Shown in pieces: positions 21,601-34,706 of a DNA stretch of 64,000 bases (the stretch's first letter is position 1; each line of letters opens with the position of its first letter). Made by a program: the position numbers and the translations under genes. The DNA is from Vicugna vicugna. Its lineage: Eukaryota. The notes under the pieces are model-generated. The model did not search any database. It was not told where the DNA came from and saw nothing but the letters and a program-made list of their open reading frames with translations. Location of the stretch: assembly GCA_013265495.1 (NCBI GenBank), contig MU063211.1, forward strand, positions 217,058 through 281,057. The letters run 5' to 3'.

Positions 21601-24600
21601 GAGAAGGCTGGTGCAGCTCGCTAGCCGCAGACCCGGGATGGGACCACGTCCCGGCCACCCAGCCTTGGGCTCCCACTGAAGGAAGAGCCGCGTTTGGGGA
21701 ACGCAGGGCAAGGTCACACTGTCTGCTAACTGGCCAGGGTCCCCAGGATTGCCAGGAAGAGCACAGGCACCCTACTCGGGCGTTGGTCCTTCCCCGAGTC
21801 AGGCCCGAGAGCGAGGACTGTGGCCTCCCGGGCCGCGCCCGCAGCGGACTCTGGAAAGAGACGGTCACCTCCTTAGTGATCGTTCCCTGCCAGCCGCGGG
21901 CTTGGAAGCAAGGTCACCAAGAATGCTGCAGTGGGGGGCCTTCCTGCTTTTCGCCTTTGCTTATTGAGGTCTCGGCCATTCCTGGGGGACTGCCCCACCC
22001 ACTGCGGCAGCTTCTCCCACCCAGGGCTCTCGGATCTGCTGAGCAGCGTGTTCCGTGCCACCGGCTCCAGCCCAGACCCCCGGGCCGCCCCCGAGGCCAG
22101 AGACCCAGAGATGCTCGGCCCCTCCATCCAGGCTCCCGACTCCCACCGCCGCCCCCTTCAGTCAGCGGGACAGGCTCTCCCGTCCACTGCACGTCTCCCT
22201 TACGCGGGCGCCAGTGCCCGTTAAATTGGCCGCGGCAGGCCGCAAGGAAGAACAAACCAGCGGCTGCGTCCGGCCACTCAGAGGGGCGGGCGTTACGGCG
22301 GGAGGGGCCGGGAGGGGAGACGCTCGGGGAAAGTTCTCCCACGGCCTGGCCTGCGAACCTGGGGCTGCAGACGTGGTGTCCGGAAGAGCTTTCCCATGTC
22401 CTTCCTCCCGGGAGGCCGTCCGCCCACACTCATCGGGGGAAGGCGGGCGGGAACGTGGCCCGGGGCGGGGAGACCCAGGGTGGTGAGCTCCAGGCCAGAC
22501 ATGACAGCCAGTCCCCAAGGTGCCCTCGGTCCTGCGCAGGAGCCAGAGACAGACAATTCCAGACGGTGTCACGAGTCTCTGTTTCTCGGATGCAAAACTG
22601 ACAGCTAGTTTCACCCACAATGAAATAAAATAGCAGGGAAATTCTGGCAGCCTCTTCCAGCCCTTAGAGGGTCTAGGAGCACAGTCCTAGAGTAATCCAA
22701 ACATCCCGTTCTTAGACCCGCACCTTCTCTTGCCCTCCTCCCAAACACAGGCTTCCGAGACGAGCCATCTTCCCAAAAGAACTCAAAAGGGACATAGAAA
22801 GTTAACACCCAGGGCCCTTCTGTGCACGGTGGAAAAGGTGATAAATGCTGGAGGTCAAGCTGACACAGTCAAATCCCTGCCCCAGCGCTGGACACCGTGT
22901 GATGGCGGCCGCACCACTGCCCGTGGAGGGAAGGAGGTCCAACAGGACCCACTCGGATCACTGCCAGTGACCCCTGAGCCGCGAGCTTCTGGGAAGCACC
23001 CAGGCCGGGGCCAGACGTGGGCGCAGGGGCTGCAGCTGGGGCCGAGCGGTGAGGACACGGGGACCAGGAGATGTGGGCCCCCGGGCTGGCTGGCCTGGCT
23101 GGCTGCTCCCCAGGGCCCCTGTCCACTGAGCGCAGCGTGCTGGACTCCGGGCTGGGCCCTCGAGTTCATGACCGTATTTCGTCATCACAGCCGTCCCCGA
23201 ACTGGGGAGGCTCAGGTGGGAGCATTCAGCTGACTTCAGCAGACCTCAGGGCAGGCTGGGGGCCGACCACCTCGCCGTGCTGCCAGGCCAGCCCCACAGA
23301 CCAGAGTGGGTGACGGCGGGAGCATGCCCATCTCAGAGCCACAAGGCCACGCGTTCAAGGGACCACTGCCCGTGTTGGCGCAGGTGCCCACTTCCAGGTC
23401 ACGTGGCTGAAGCCTCACACCCTTGCGCTGGCTGTCCCTGTGCCTGGCGCCGGTGGCAGATGTGCCAGCGGAGCGGGGTTTCGGGGAGCCGGGCGGCTGT
23501 CTGCCCGAGGGAGGATGACCTCCATTCCCGCCCAGCCCGCGCGATGTGCACTTCTGAGTGTCCCAGCAGCCTGGCCCCCCGGGGCTTTATTAAGTAAGGG
23601 GCAGCTCACCCGGAGGGCCCGGCCCCACCCTGGGGCCCCGTCTGTGTTCGGTGCCGGGTTGTTTTCTGATGCGTCAGCAGCGCAGCCCGAGACACCTCTG
23701 GGCTCCAGGCGGCGGAGCCAGCCCCGCACCCGCGTCTCCGCCTGTCTGGGGTCAGCAGAGCCGCCTGTGCTGCGAGGGGCTGGCGCGCCCGTTTCCTGCG
23801 CGAGGAGGGGCACCGCGCTCCCCTGTCGCCTCCCTCAGCCGTAGGACGGAGTGCGCGTGTGAAAGGGCCGCGTGAAACTCAGGCCGCCGTGAGCTCCACG
23901 GAACCGCTGGCTTTATAAACCAGGGAAGCGAGCCTGCGTCTGCCTTTCTGGATGTAAGGTGTCTGACTGCCAAACTTGGAGAGAAGTCGGCATGAAGGAG
24001 CCAGGGGTGAGGAGACGGGTTTCCTAAAAGGCACCTGCCACCAGGGAGGACTTTTAAAGGCAGAGGACGCCAGCCCGAGCCTCGGGGTGCAGGAAGGGGG
24101 AGGCAGCGTGGCCTGGCGGGCGCTGGCCTTGCAGACTCAGCCGCAGCCACCCGCTTCCCGGAGGATTAGCGTTTCCAGGGACCGCCTGCGCTGCCAGTCA
24201 CAGAAAGAGACCCCTCGTGTGAAGCAACCACGGGTCTGACCCACAGCCCGATGGCGGGCTGCGTTAGTTTTCCTGATACTTCAGGATGAAGGGCAGTGGA
24301 CAGATGGCCCACGTCTCCTCCCTCCTCTCTCGTCCACGCGGCGCCGCATGGATCCAGGCATGTCCATCCGTGGGCCACCAGGGGCTTCTCGGAGCAGAAG
24401 GAGGGAGGCACCATGAGGTCGTCACTGATCAGAGTCAGTCCGCGGCCTCACCCCGAGGGCACGGGGGGCTGGGAGACGTAGCTTCCCGGACCCTGGGCAA
24501 GCAGGAGATGGGGGATGACGGGGACCAGTCCTTGCCATGGTTATTGACATAAAATCACACCTGGGGCCACACCTGGGAGATGCTGCACTAGCATCAGAGG

Positions 24601-26070
24601 CCAGGTTGCAGGGCTGGGTGAACTCGGGGAGGTGACTCAGCCTCCGAGCGCATGTCTGCACGACCCCAGTGGGGAGTCTGCCTGGGTTGGCGGGGGCGTC
24701 AGGATCAGACACCAGCCCCGGCCCAGCGCCAGGCTCAGCCACTGCACGTGTGTGCGTGGGGGCGTGTGCGTGGGGGCGTGTGTGTGTGTGGCCGGCGCGC
24801 TTCATCCTCACGTGCTGCACGAACCCCCACAGGTGGCCTTAGCAGACCACCCTCCCTTCATCCTTCAACCTCAAAAGTGGGGATGGGGTGACTGGCCCCA
24901 ACCAAGCTCCCACCCTATAGGTAAATGGGCAAAGATGGCCAGCCCCTCACCGACCCCAGAGAGGAAGGGGGTTTTTAAGGTCACAGGCAGCTTGTGTGGG
25001 GCCAGCCCTGCGCCGGGCACTGCTGCTGTCGGCAGGCAGGGAGCGACGTTCCTGAAGGCTGGCTGTGGGCCTCCTGGCCGTCCAGCCGGCAGGCTTCTCC
25101 CCCAGGGACCCGGGCGCTTCTGCCCCCACCGACCCCGTCTGCAGGTGAGCACGCTGACGTGCACACCCCAGGCCCGCCCCTGCGGGTCCCGGCTGCGAGG
25201 AGGCTGGACCGCTCCGTGGGCAGTAGGCAGTGGGCAGTGGGCAGCCTCGGGCGCGGAGCAGGAGCAGGAGCAGGACGCGCCGGCCTTCTTACGGAGACAG
25301 TCCCGGGCGGAGGAGGCGAGGCTGGGAGGCAGGCCGCCTGCCGTCACCACTCCAATTTCCACCACAGAAAACGGAAATTCAGTGGTTCCTGAAATTCCAA
25401 CAAGAGGAGGTCAAGCCAGACCCAGGACTGGGGGCTTCCTTGCTGGCCCAGAGGGACCAAGAAGTGGAGGTGTGGGGCTCCAGCGGGGGCCTCTGTCGCA
25501 GCCGCACGGGAGTGGGCTTCTACTCCGTTTCTCCAGGAGCCAGACCAGGGCGAAGAGGAACCAGGTGGGGAGGGGGCCCGGGCTCAGACGCAGGCAGCGA
25601 CAAGTGTGGGAAGCTGTCACTCCTGCCGGCGCACGTGGGCAGCACCGGACTGTCGGACAGGAGAGGCCTAGCGGGCGAGGGGCCCCGGGACCCGATGGAG
25701 GGCAGCAACGAGGCATCTGGCCCCTGGGCCATCTGCTCGGCGCTACAGCTCAACTTCGGCGGCGCCGACAGCGACGTTGGCAGCCTGTCCAGGGCGTCTG
25801 GCCGCGTCATTCAGCTGCCTGATGACGGCAGGAGAAGCAGGGAGTATCACCCACATGAATGCGTAAGGTATTCTGCGTCCACGATTATGTTTTGCGGCCT
25901 GTAGTGGGAGGGCGCGGTGCCTCCGGCTTTCCTGATGGCGGTGGCCAGCCTTGTGCCTCGGGTCTCAGTGAGGATCAAGCCCCTCAGAGCCTCGGCCAGG
26001 TGGGCTGTTCTCAGGCTGAGCGGAGGCCGGGGGGCACAGGGATCAGGGGTTCACACGCAGGCCACTGTGA

Positions 26071-26472
26071 CTGTGTGGGGGACAGAAGAGCAGCCCCCCA
26101 ACGAGGCTACGTCCTGCCCCAGAACTCACGAACACGTGCCTTACATGTCAAGGGGACTCAGCAGGTGATCAAGTTAAGGACTTGACCGGAGAGACTGTCC
26201 CGGAAGAGGCGGGCGGGCCCAGCGCCACCGCGAGGGTCCTCACTAGGGAGGGGAGGCGCTCAGCGTGGAAAGAAGTCCTGAGGAGGGGAGCCGAGGAGGA
26301 GGAGGTACCGTCAGCCCAGAGACGGAGGGAGGGAGGGCTGGGAGCCAGGGAACGCGGGCTTTCCCCGCAGCTCCCACGAGCAGCTCTGACACCTTGATTT
26401 TAGGACTTAAACACTCGTGTATTTAAGGCGCAAAGTTCGTGTGATTTGTCGCAGCAGCCCCCAGAAGCTCAC
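26071..26472 (+). mobile_element. MaLR solo LTR (MLT1, MLT1D-like)
   Basis: Colinear MLT1 blocks: cagcccccaacgaggctacgtcc, ccttacatgtcaaggggactcagcaggtgatcaagttaagga, gacaccttgattttaggact, atttgtcgcagcagc. Confidence 0.75.
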
Positions 26473-28039
26473 AAGGCTCCCTCAGTGCACCCCGCGCCCC
26501 CACTGCCCGCCCAGGCCCAGGGCACGCTGCCGAGACAGAAGGACTGTGGCAGGGTCGGGGCCGGGGAGGGGAGGCTGGCTCTGTCCAGAGGCACAGAAAC
26601 GCCCCCGACTCAGACACCTGCCTCCGGGTGCTCCGGGAAAGGGAACCCTGGGCTCCTCCGCCTGCCACAGGGCCGCCCCCTGCACCCCCAGATGGGAGGG
26701 GAGCAGGTGCTTGTGCGTGCAGAGGAAGGGGTGTGAGCTGGGGAGGGGGCCGGAGGTGGGCAGGGAGAAGCCGGGGCCTGGGGCTTGGTCTGGCTGTTGG
26801 GGTCCCCCCGCCCTCCTAACAGACCCTGTGCTGCATGACCCCGGGTGGCCGGCCATATTCACGGCCCTGGCCAGGGGTCAGAGGTGGAGGTGGTGGGCCC
26901 CAGGGGCCGCCCCCGGGTCACGGCGCACCGTCAGGCAGCTGGCTTGCTGCCTTGGCCCCCCACCAAGGTCCACGAGGGCAGGGGCCACCTCCATTCCCCC
27001 CAGCCCCCAGCACAGGCCTGGCACAGAGGGAGGAACAGGGGTGGGGGGAGGAGGGGCAGGAGGTTTCCTCGCTCCCAGTCGCTGCTGGGGCTGAACCGCC
27101 CGCGCCCCCTCCTGGGAACAGGAAGGGAACAGTCAGAAGGAGCCTGAGACATCTGTGACCCCGGCCCAGCGGGGAGCCGGCCAGGACAAAGGTCTGTCCA
27201 ACAGGGACCCAACCTTGTCCGAGCAGGGAGCCAGAAGCTGCTGGAAATCACCCTCTAATCCGGGTTCTAAGCCCCATGATCTAATTTCCCGCAGGACTGA
27301 GCTAAAAGACACCTGGGGGGTTAGCGACAAATTTAGACCGCGTGCGAAAGTGCTGAGTCACGCTTGCCTGTTTGGGAAAACAGAGCTAATGAAGTTGCTG
27401 CCCGGGAGGCAGAGGCCGCAGCCGAGCAGGCAGTGGAAAAACCCGCGGTGGCTCGGCTGTGAGCAGCTCGCGCAGAACCCAGAGTCACCAGGGGCGGTGT
27501 GACCCCCACGGCGGCCCCCGTCCCCAGGCCTGGCAGAGCTCTCCAGAGGGGCCTGGGATCACAGGGCAGCCCCTCGCGGTATAGACAGCGAGGCCCCGGG
27601 AGGCAGGAGCGCAGCCCCAGCCCCACCCCCCGGGGGCAGAAGCAGAACCGTGGGGCGGTGGCGGGGGGCGCTCAGGTGTCCACCCGGGGAGCCCTGGGGG
27701 CCCTGCAGTGCCTGCTCCGGGAGGGAGGGCCGAACTGCGACTGCCCGCCCTCCTCCAGGGCCCACCCCGCCTCCCTTCAGCCAGCACCCGTCTGAGCGTG
27801 TCTGGGCCAGGCCTCTGCTCGGTGCTGGGTACGGCCGTGAGCAAGTCTGGCCCTTGGGCGCTTACAGTCTGGCTGTGAAGACACCTGGGGTGGGGCGAGG
27901 GGCAGCCGCCTGAGCGACTCTGTGGCGCGTGTGATGGACGATGCTGTTCCTGGTGCCTAAGGAAGAGAGTGAACTCATGCACCAGGCTGGTCTGGGGGAG
28001 GCGGGCAGGGATGGTTAGACCCATCGTCCCCTAGAGGGG

Positions 28040-28150
28040 AGTTTTCTGCAGATGAGAGAACGGAGGACATAGAGCGAGGCGTCTTGCCTGCAGTCACCTG
28101 ACCCTCGGCTGGTCACTGGCGCTGTCAAGATTAGAACCCAGATCCCCATG
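28040..28150 (-). mobile_element. MIR SINE
   Basis: ttttctgcagatgagagaacggagg...cttgcctgcagtcac...gattagaacccag follows reverse-strand MIR order. Confidence 0.55.
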
Positions 28151-29159
28151 CCCGGTACGGGAGCGCCAAGGGCCGTACTGTACTCCGACGCCCTACCAAG
28201 TCTGTAAGCCTGAGCTCCAGCAGGGCTGGCGTCCAGCCTGGGCGAGGCCGTGCACGCGGCCAAGCGGAGCCTGGGATCAGGAAGGCGACGGAGGGAGATG
28301 TCACGGCCGTGAGACGCCCCGCCCCCTCCCAGCTTCTGGATCCTTCATCTTAGAAGAGCCTCAGGAGCCTGGGGGTCGTCCCAGCCGGAGGGAGGGTCTG
28401 GACCTGTGAGACGGGGAATGAGTGTCAAGGATTTGAGTGTCCTGGGGCCTTAGAGCAGGACCGCAGCCCCGTCCGTCGGTCAGCCCTCGGCTGCGCCCTC
28501 CCCGCGCCCAGGAGGCCCGCATGCCCCGCACAGGCAGGGGACGGAGGCGGCCCTTGGGGCCATCTGCCCCCTCACCAGATGTCATTGATCTCAAGAACAG
28601 GCAAAGCAGGCAGTGACGAGGCAAGACGCTCGCCAGGAGCCGGCGACAGCACAGGGCTGGGGCCTCCTCCTATTCGTGATTCTCCTCCCCCTTGTCCAGG
28701 CTCCGGGGGAGCAGCCTGCTGGGCTGAGCCGGGGGGACACGGAGGCAGCCTGGAGTGCTGGGTGGGGGCGTCTCTCTCCCTGTGCGCCTCCCACCCCCGT
28801 CGTCCTGCCTGGGACTGACTCAGGGACGAGCCCGGGCTGACTGTGCTCCCTCTGTGTTCCTGCCCACCTCTTGCCCCCTCAGCCCTGAATCCGGGCTCTC
28901 TGGACCCCGCCCATCCCACGCAGTGACTGCTTCTTCCTGGGGCCTCAGCCTGGGCTGACTGCACTCATGTTCAAGCCCCAGCTGGGGTCCCTCAGAGACT
29001 CAAATCAGCTGCTCTCTGGTCCCAGCCGGGTCAGCAAGGCCCGTGATGCGAGGGTCCTGGGCCGGGGAGAACGTGGGCTTCCAGGAGACCGTGTGCACGG
29101 CGGAGGCAGACAGTGGCCGTCGGGCGCAGGGCAGCGACCGGCGCACCCACAGAGGCTCC

Positions 29160-29455
29160 CCCAGCTCCTGGGGCCGGCGGGCCGTGTCTGGGGGTCCTGG
29201 GCTGTAGCCGCAGCACCCAGCCTCCGCCCCCTTCTCCACAGGACCTTCTCCCGGTGTGCGTGCCTGTGTGTGTCCCCTCTTCCCTTCCCACGAGGACAGT
29301 CACGTGGGATGAGGGGCCCACTGTCCTCCAGTGACACCTCGTCTTAACCTAGCAGTCCCCTCCGCAAAGACCCTATCTTCAAATGAGGGCTCATTCTGGG
29401 GTCCTGGGGTGAGGCCCTCAACATGTGGAGTGGGGGCACAATTCAGCCAGTGACA
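29160..29455 (-). mobile_element. MaLR LTR (MLT1) fragment
   Basis: cctcgtcttaacc, cgcaaagaccctatcttcaaatgagggctcattctgggggtcctggggtgagg, gggggcacaattcagccagtgaca form the typical reverse-strand MLT1 terminus. Confidence 0.7.
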
Positions 29456-29996
29456 GGCCCCTCCTGCTCTGGCCTCTCACGGCACACAGTCCTGCTGCTC
29501 CGATCTGCCCCAAATCACCCTCAAATTGTCACGTTCAGGCTCCCTTACCCTCCCACGAAGGTCCTCAGGGTCTGTCTGCCCCCTCAGCACCCGCCCCCCA
29601 AGGCTGGCACAGACCTGGGCACCCAGAGGGCGTCAGACGCACCTCACGAATGGACTAGAATGTGCTGTGGGAAGTTCTCCACCCACCAAACCCAGCCCAA
29701 GCCCCGACAGAAGCCTCTTCCGTCCAGCCAAGGGGAGGATTCCCGTCTGATGGCCAAGAAGGAATCCAGGGGACCCACGGCCCAGGGGGAGGGGGGAAGG
29801 CCCGCCGCTCCCACTGCCAAGTGGGCCCAGGTGGGCTGGCCTGGAGGGCATGACAACAGGGACAGTTCACCCTGGACTGGGTCCCTCGGGATCCCCATCA
29901 GCCCTGCCCAGACCAGGAACCCTGAGACGAGGTGTGCCGGTGACACAGGAGAAACGGGGCGTGAGAGGACGGCGTGTCCCGGGACCCGGCCCCGCC

Positions 29997-30340
29997 ATGT
30001 GAGGGTCCTTGGCTTCCCGCAGGAAGGCGTCTGGGAACCAGCCGCAGTCAAGTGGGGGTGGATTTACTCAGAGACACACGCTCCACAGACAGAGCGCAGG
30101 CTCCCAGAGACCAGAGAGGGGTCCGTGCAGAGCGGGGGCTGGCGTTTATGGGCTGAGGACCGTTGTAGGCTGACAGGTGCGGGGGCGGGGATCCCCAGGA
30201 GTCGGGCCGCCGCCCACGTCCCAGCCTTTCCTGGTCCGCCCCGGCATCCTGGTGCCTGTGGGGGCCCTCCCCCTACTGATGTAGTGCAGTGAGGGCATCG
30301 TGCAGCTCAGGGTCGCTGGGAGTCGACGCTCCCATTGCTG
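29997..30340 (-). mobile_element. Probable ERV1-class solo LTR remnant
   Basis: Blocks aaccagccgcagtcaag, tttactcagagacacacgctccacagacagagcg, gtttatgggctg, gggatccccaggagtcgggccgccgcccac, ctgatgtagtgcagtgag resemble artiodactyl ERV1 LTRs as I recall them. Boundaries uncertain. Confidence 0.45.
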
Positions 30341-31329
30341 TGTCACTCCCTGAGTGGCTGTGCCCTGCCCTTCCTGCCTGCCTCACCAAGTGTTCCTTCG
30401 GAAACTAAGTCTCTGCGTTTCCTGGAAAGCTCTCGAGCCCACATCCCTCCTCAACTTGGCTCCCCAGGATCGTACACAGGAAGTCCGACCTTCCTGCTGC
30501 CACGGTCTGGGGAGAGCGGGGTGGACGGGTGTTTGGCACCGCAGGGAAGCCTGCAGGAGACAGTCACACCGGGGCCTCAGACGGAAGGGCGGGTGTAAGT
30601 TGGACCCCAGGCTGATGCACTTTCCTGTCTCCGGGGGAAGGAGGGTTCCCGAGGCCTGGAGGCCCGGCAGTGTGGCTCACCCCCTCAGGTCCCCAGGCCC
30701 CACCAGGGCCCAGAGGGCGGTCCCAGGGACGCTGAGGAGGAGCTGCAGGCAAGGGGGGCCTTCGGCTCCCCTCCTGGGCCTCCTGTCCAGGGACCTGCGG
30801 CACGCTCCCCGAACCACAGGCTGATCCAGAGGCCACTGTCCTCCCTGGAGCCTCCGCCGGGCAAGGCCCTGGTCCTCCGTCCTGTGGGCCGCCCCTGCCC
30901 ACCTGCAGGACTTCCCCGTCCCCTCCGGCTGGGGAGAGTCGGGAAGCAGACTGGCCAGTGTCCACTGGGCACCCACTGGGAGCCAGACCCTTCTGGGCAT
31001 GTGGCCCCCCGACCTGTCCAGCCCGGCCTGTCGTCCTCACTCCAGACTCACACCTCAGCTGCCCGCCAATGTCTGCACAGAGTGGGTCTCCCCTTCCCCT
31101 AGGGCCCCCGGCCACCATATCCTTCCCGCTGCTCAGGCCCGACCCCGGGAGGTATCGACTCAGCTCCCAGAGCCGCGTGCCACCCTCGTCCCGCCATCAC
31201 TGGGACCCCCTTCGCCGCTCCCAGCAGTTGTCACCAGACAGCTGTGGCCCCGCCTCCTGGTCCCACTGCGCTTGGCAGCTGGGTCCCCACCCCCACCCTT
31301 CTTAGGACACCGGTGCCCTTGGCCCTGCC

Positions 31330-31520
31330 TGCCACCCTCCTGCTTCGTCCATCAGCTCCTTCCGGAGGGGGAACCACCCCCTGGGATGCCCTCCCCATCT
31401 CAGATCCCGGACCTCAGGGGGCGTCTCCACCTGTCATTAGAGCTCAGTCTAATGCCACCTCCTGGGCGACACACCCCTGGCCCCACTCCCAGGCAGCACC
31501 CCCTCTCTGGCCACCCCACC
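31330..31520 (+). mobile_element. L2 LINE fragment
   Basis: tcattagagctcagtctaatgccacctcctggg...ccctggcccca resembles the L2 block tcaggtctcagctcaaatgtcacctcctcagagaggccttccctgacc. Confidence 0.5.
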
Positions 31521-33980
31521 AGTGCGGTGGCCCCTTCTGCGGTCTTCCCCGACTACCTGCATCTTTAGGAGGGAGAGGCTGCGTGGGTGGTCTCACTCAC
31601 CCACTGCTGGCACCCCAGACCCCAGCAAGCCCGCAGTGACGCTGAAGGTCGCCAGGACCCCGCAGCTGGGGAGCGCGGGGCCCGGGCCTCCTGGGGGCCC
31701 GGCCCAGACCCCACACACCCCCCAGAGCCCCCGGGCAGGCCACGCTGCCCCGTGCTCCCTAGGCCCTCCAGCTCCGAGTCCATCGCGTTGCTCCCGCTTT
31801 CCTCCCGCGGAGGTCAGAGCTGCTAGACGCGCACAGATCGATGTAACGCAGCCCCGTGCGCCTCCCTGAGCCCTGGGCTCTGGGCGGCCCCTTCCTCCCC
31901 ACCACAGACACCCCAGGCGTCAGAGCAGCCCCGAGGGGCGCACACGCGTGTACGGGGTAGATCAGCGCCTGGGGGCTGCCAAAACAAGCAAGTCACCGCG
32001 CGCTGGTGAGCGCAGAGCAACGCCGCCGTGAGCCCTCTCGGGCCTGGAGGCCAGGGGGCCGAGGTCAAGGTGCTGCCAGCCGCGCTCCCTGCCGAGGTTC
32101 CTTCCAGATTCCGGCGGCTCCAGTGTGCCCTGGCTTGCGGCTCTGTCCTCTCGCAGCCTCCTCTTCTCTTGTCATTGGACTGTGGTCCCCTCAGTGGACG
32201 GGGTCTCATCTGGAGGCCCTTCACTTAATTACATGTGCAAGCACTCTTTCCGAGTAAGGTCACAGCTTCAGACTCGGGGTGGGCATCGCCTTGGGGTAGG
32301 GGAGGCAGGGCCACCACTCGACCCACGACGGCGAGCTGTTTTCCTAGTCGTGTTCTGCACCTGCAAAGCCTCCCCCGCCCCCTGCTGTGTGAGGGCAGCG
32401 CCCCGCCCGCCCGGCTCTGTGTCCTCTGGGTCTGGTGCAGGCAGACACTCCGTAAATGCTTGTCTGTGCTCCGGGCCACCCCAGGAGGGGTGTGAGTGCA
32501 GAGCAGGTGCTCCTGCTGGGCCCCTCCCCAGGCAAGCAAAACTCCAGCGTGGGGACGCTTGCAGGCTGGGCCAAGCGCCCCCAGCCCCATGGCGTCCGTC
32601 CACCACAGTGTGGCCCCGCAGACAGCTTGGGAGGCACGAAGGTCAGATTCACTGAAGGACTTCCGTGACTGTGTGCGGCACACGGCCCGGCCTCCGCTGC
32701 GGGAATTGCAAGCAGGCCTCGGAACCCAGACAAATTGGCACCCAGAGATGACGCGCGGCAGGTCGTGTCCCCTCGTCAGGCTGGCAGCTCATTAAGGCAG
32801 CGCGGGGAGCCACCAAGGGGGTGAGGTCACAGCAGCGGGCGGACTCCTCATTAGCTTGCGGAAGCTCAGAACTGGGGAGGAGGTGAACGTGCGACCGACT
32901 TCTGCCGGCTGACGGGCACCAGCGCTGGCAGAAACGCTATGGCAACCAGATGCAAGGGCTTAATTACATCAGCCCGGGGTGCATTCTCACAAAGATTAAT
33001 GGGGAGCAGACACCTTCACCTCGCAGTCAGGGAGGAGAAAGAGAAGCCGGCTCTGTGGACGCGCGCAGCCGGCCCCTCCGCCCTCCAGGCAGGTGTGCCC
33101 GCGGACCTGCCGGGGCCGTGAATCCGAGCTGTGCGCCACCTCCCCCCTGCTTCCCGGGGGCCCCACGCCAGCTGGCCCTCTGGCCGTGTGACAGCTGCCC
33201 GGTCTGGCTGGGCCAGCCAGACCCAGAACACGGCTTCGCCCGTGTTCACCTGCCCACTGGCCTCTGCCCGGGTGCTGAGCAGGGCGGGGGCCTGCCCATG
33301 GGGGTGGGGCGGGGTGTCCGGGGGAGCCCTGGGGGCGGCCAAGAGGAGGGTACCAGTGTCGGCAAGACCCTCCACCTCGGGTCTCAGCACGTGTCGGCCA
33401 GTGGGTGCGCCAGCCCCGTTTCCCAGAGGACGGGCAAAGGCTCAGGGCAGCCAGGGTCTCGCCTCTCACCCAGGACAGAACCAGTCCCACCCCAGCCTCT
33501 GGGACAGCAGAAGCTGGCTCTCCCCACGACACGAGACTGTTGGTCCTGTGGGACGAAGGCATTCACAGGTTTGGGGGTTCGAGGTGCATGTTCAGCCTGG
33601 CCACTGCATCCCCCACCCCCACTGTCCCCGGGCGGCAGCTGGCGGGAGGTGACAGCATCTCCCTCTCACCGTGTGACCTTGTGGGTTTGCCTGCTGGCTC
33701 CTGGCCGGCCAGGGCTCTGTGTGAGGGTGATGTCGCCTGTTAAACGGGGTTTATCAAGTCCCGCTGTGGGCCAGCACCCAACTAGCCCGCCTGCTGTGCG
33801 GGGAGCCTCACGCCTCCTCCCTGTGCAAACTCTGGCAAGTGTAGGTGAGAGGAGAGGCGAATTCCCACTGAGGGAGGACGACGGGGCGGGGCTTCACCCT
33901 GGCCTGGGGGCCGGGAGGACAGCGCAGCCCGTAAAGCCCACCCCTCTCCCCTCCGGGCCCCCTGCCGCCTGCCCTCGGCT

Positions 33981-33997
33981 GATCGATCGATCGATCG
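33981..33997. repeat. (GATC)4 microsatellite
   Basis: gatcgatcgatcgatcg. Confidence 0.9.
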
Positions 33998-34645
33998 CAG
34001 AGCAGCAGCTGCCCCTCCTCCTCTGTCCCCACCGCCGGCCCAAGGCAGCCGTTCAGTGAGCAAAAGCTGCTTCTCGCTTTGGTTTCCACTACGCACCCCT
34101 TCTTCCAGGGAGCCTTCCTGGGCTCCTAGACCTACAAAATCACGAAGTGGCAGAAGCAGGGTCATGGGGCGAAGCCAGCGTCTCTCGTCGTCCCTTCGAA
34201 GCTCACTCGGTGGAGAAGTTCTTCTTGGGACGGGATCTCAGACACGGCTGCCTGGTCATTCCGAGGCACTGAGACCCATTCCTCCTGCCTTGTCCACAGA
34301 CCCAGCCTCAGGCCAGAAGGAGGGTCTGGCTCCCCTCGTGTCTCCCCTCCCCCAGCCTGAGGGCAGGCCCTCCTCCCCATCCTCAGCCCCAGCTTCCCCT
34401 CGCCCTCCCAGGCTCCCACCCTCAGGGGTGCAGTCTAGAAAGTTCTCACTGACCAGTGCTGTCAGATGGGCCCAGTCTCCCGGCCGGCAGGTGCCCAGAG
34501 CCCACACGCCCCCACACTGTGCTCGGGGCCTATAGGGGACTTCCAGGGGGCCTCCCCACGGTGTGGGCGTCACTGGGGGCCTCTCCTCTGCCTGGCACGC
34601 CCCATCCCCCACCCACAGCCTCTTTCTGCAGGGTCCCCCGTGCAG

Positions 34646-34706
34646 ACACACACACACATGGACACACACAGACACACGTACACACACACACAGACACACA
34701 CACACA
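34646..34706. repeat. Imperfect (CA)n microsatellite
   Basis: Interrupted acacac runs over about 60 nt. Confidence 0.9.

Noticed and set aside
28613-28840. ORF with hydrophobic GWGLLLFVILLPLVQA segment
   Set aside because: Starts at GTG, has no in-frame ATG or supporting splice structure, and arises from a CT-rich stretch.
33259-33279. RE1-like CTCAGCACC-C-GGGCAGAGGC on the minus strand
   Set aside because: 1-nt spacer and several mismatches in the right half; likely chance.
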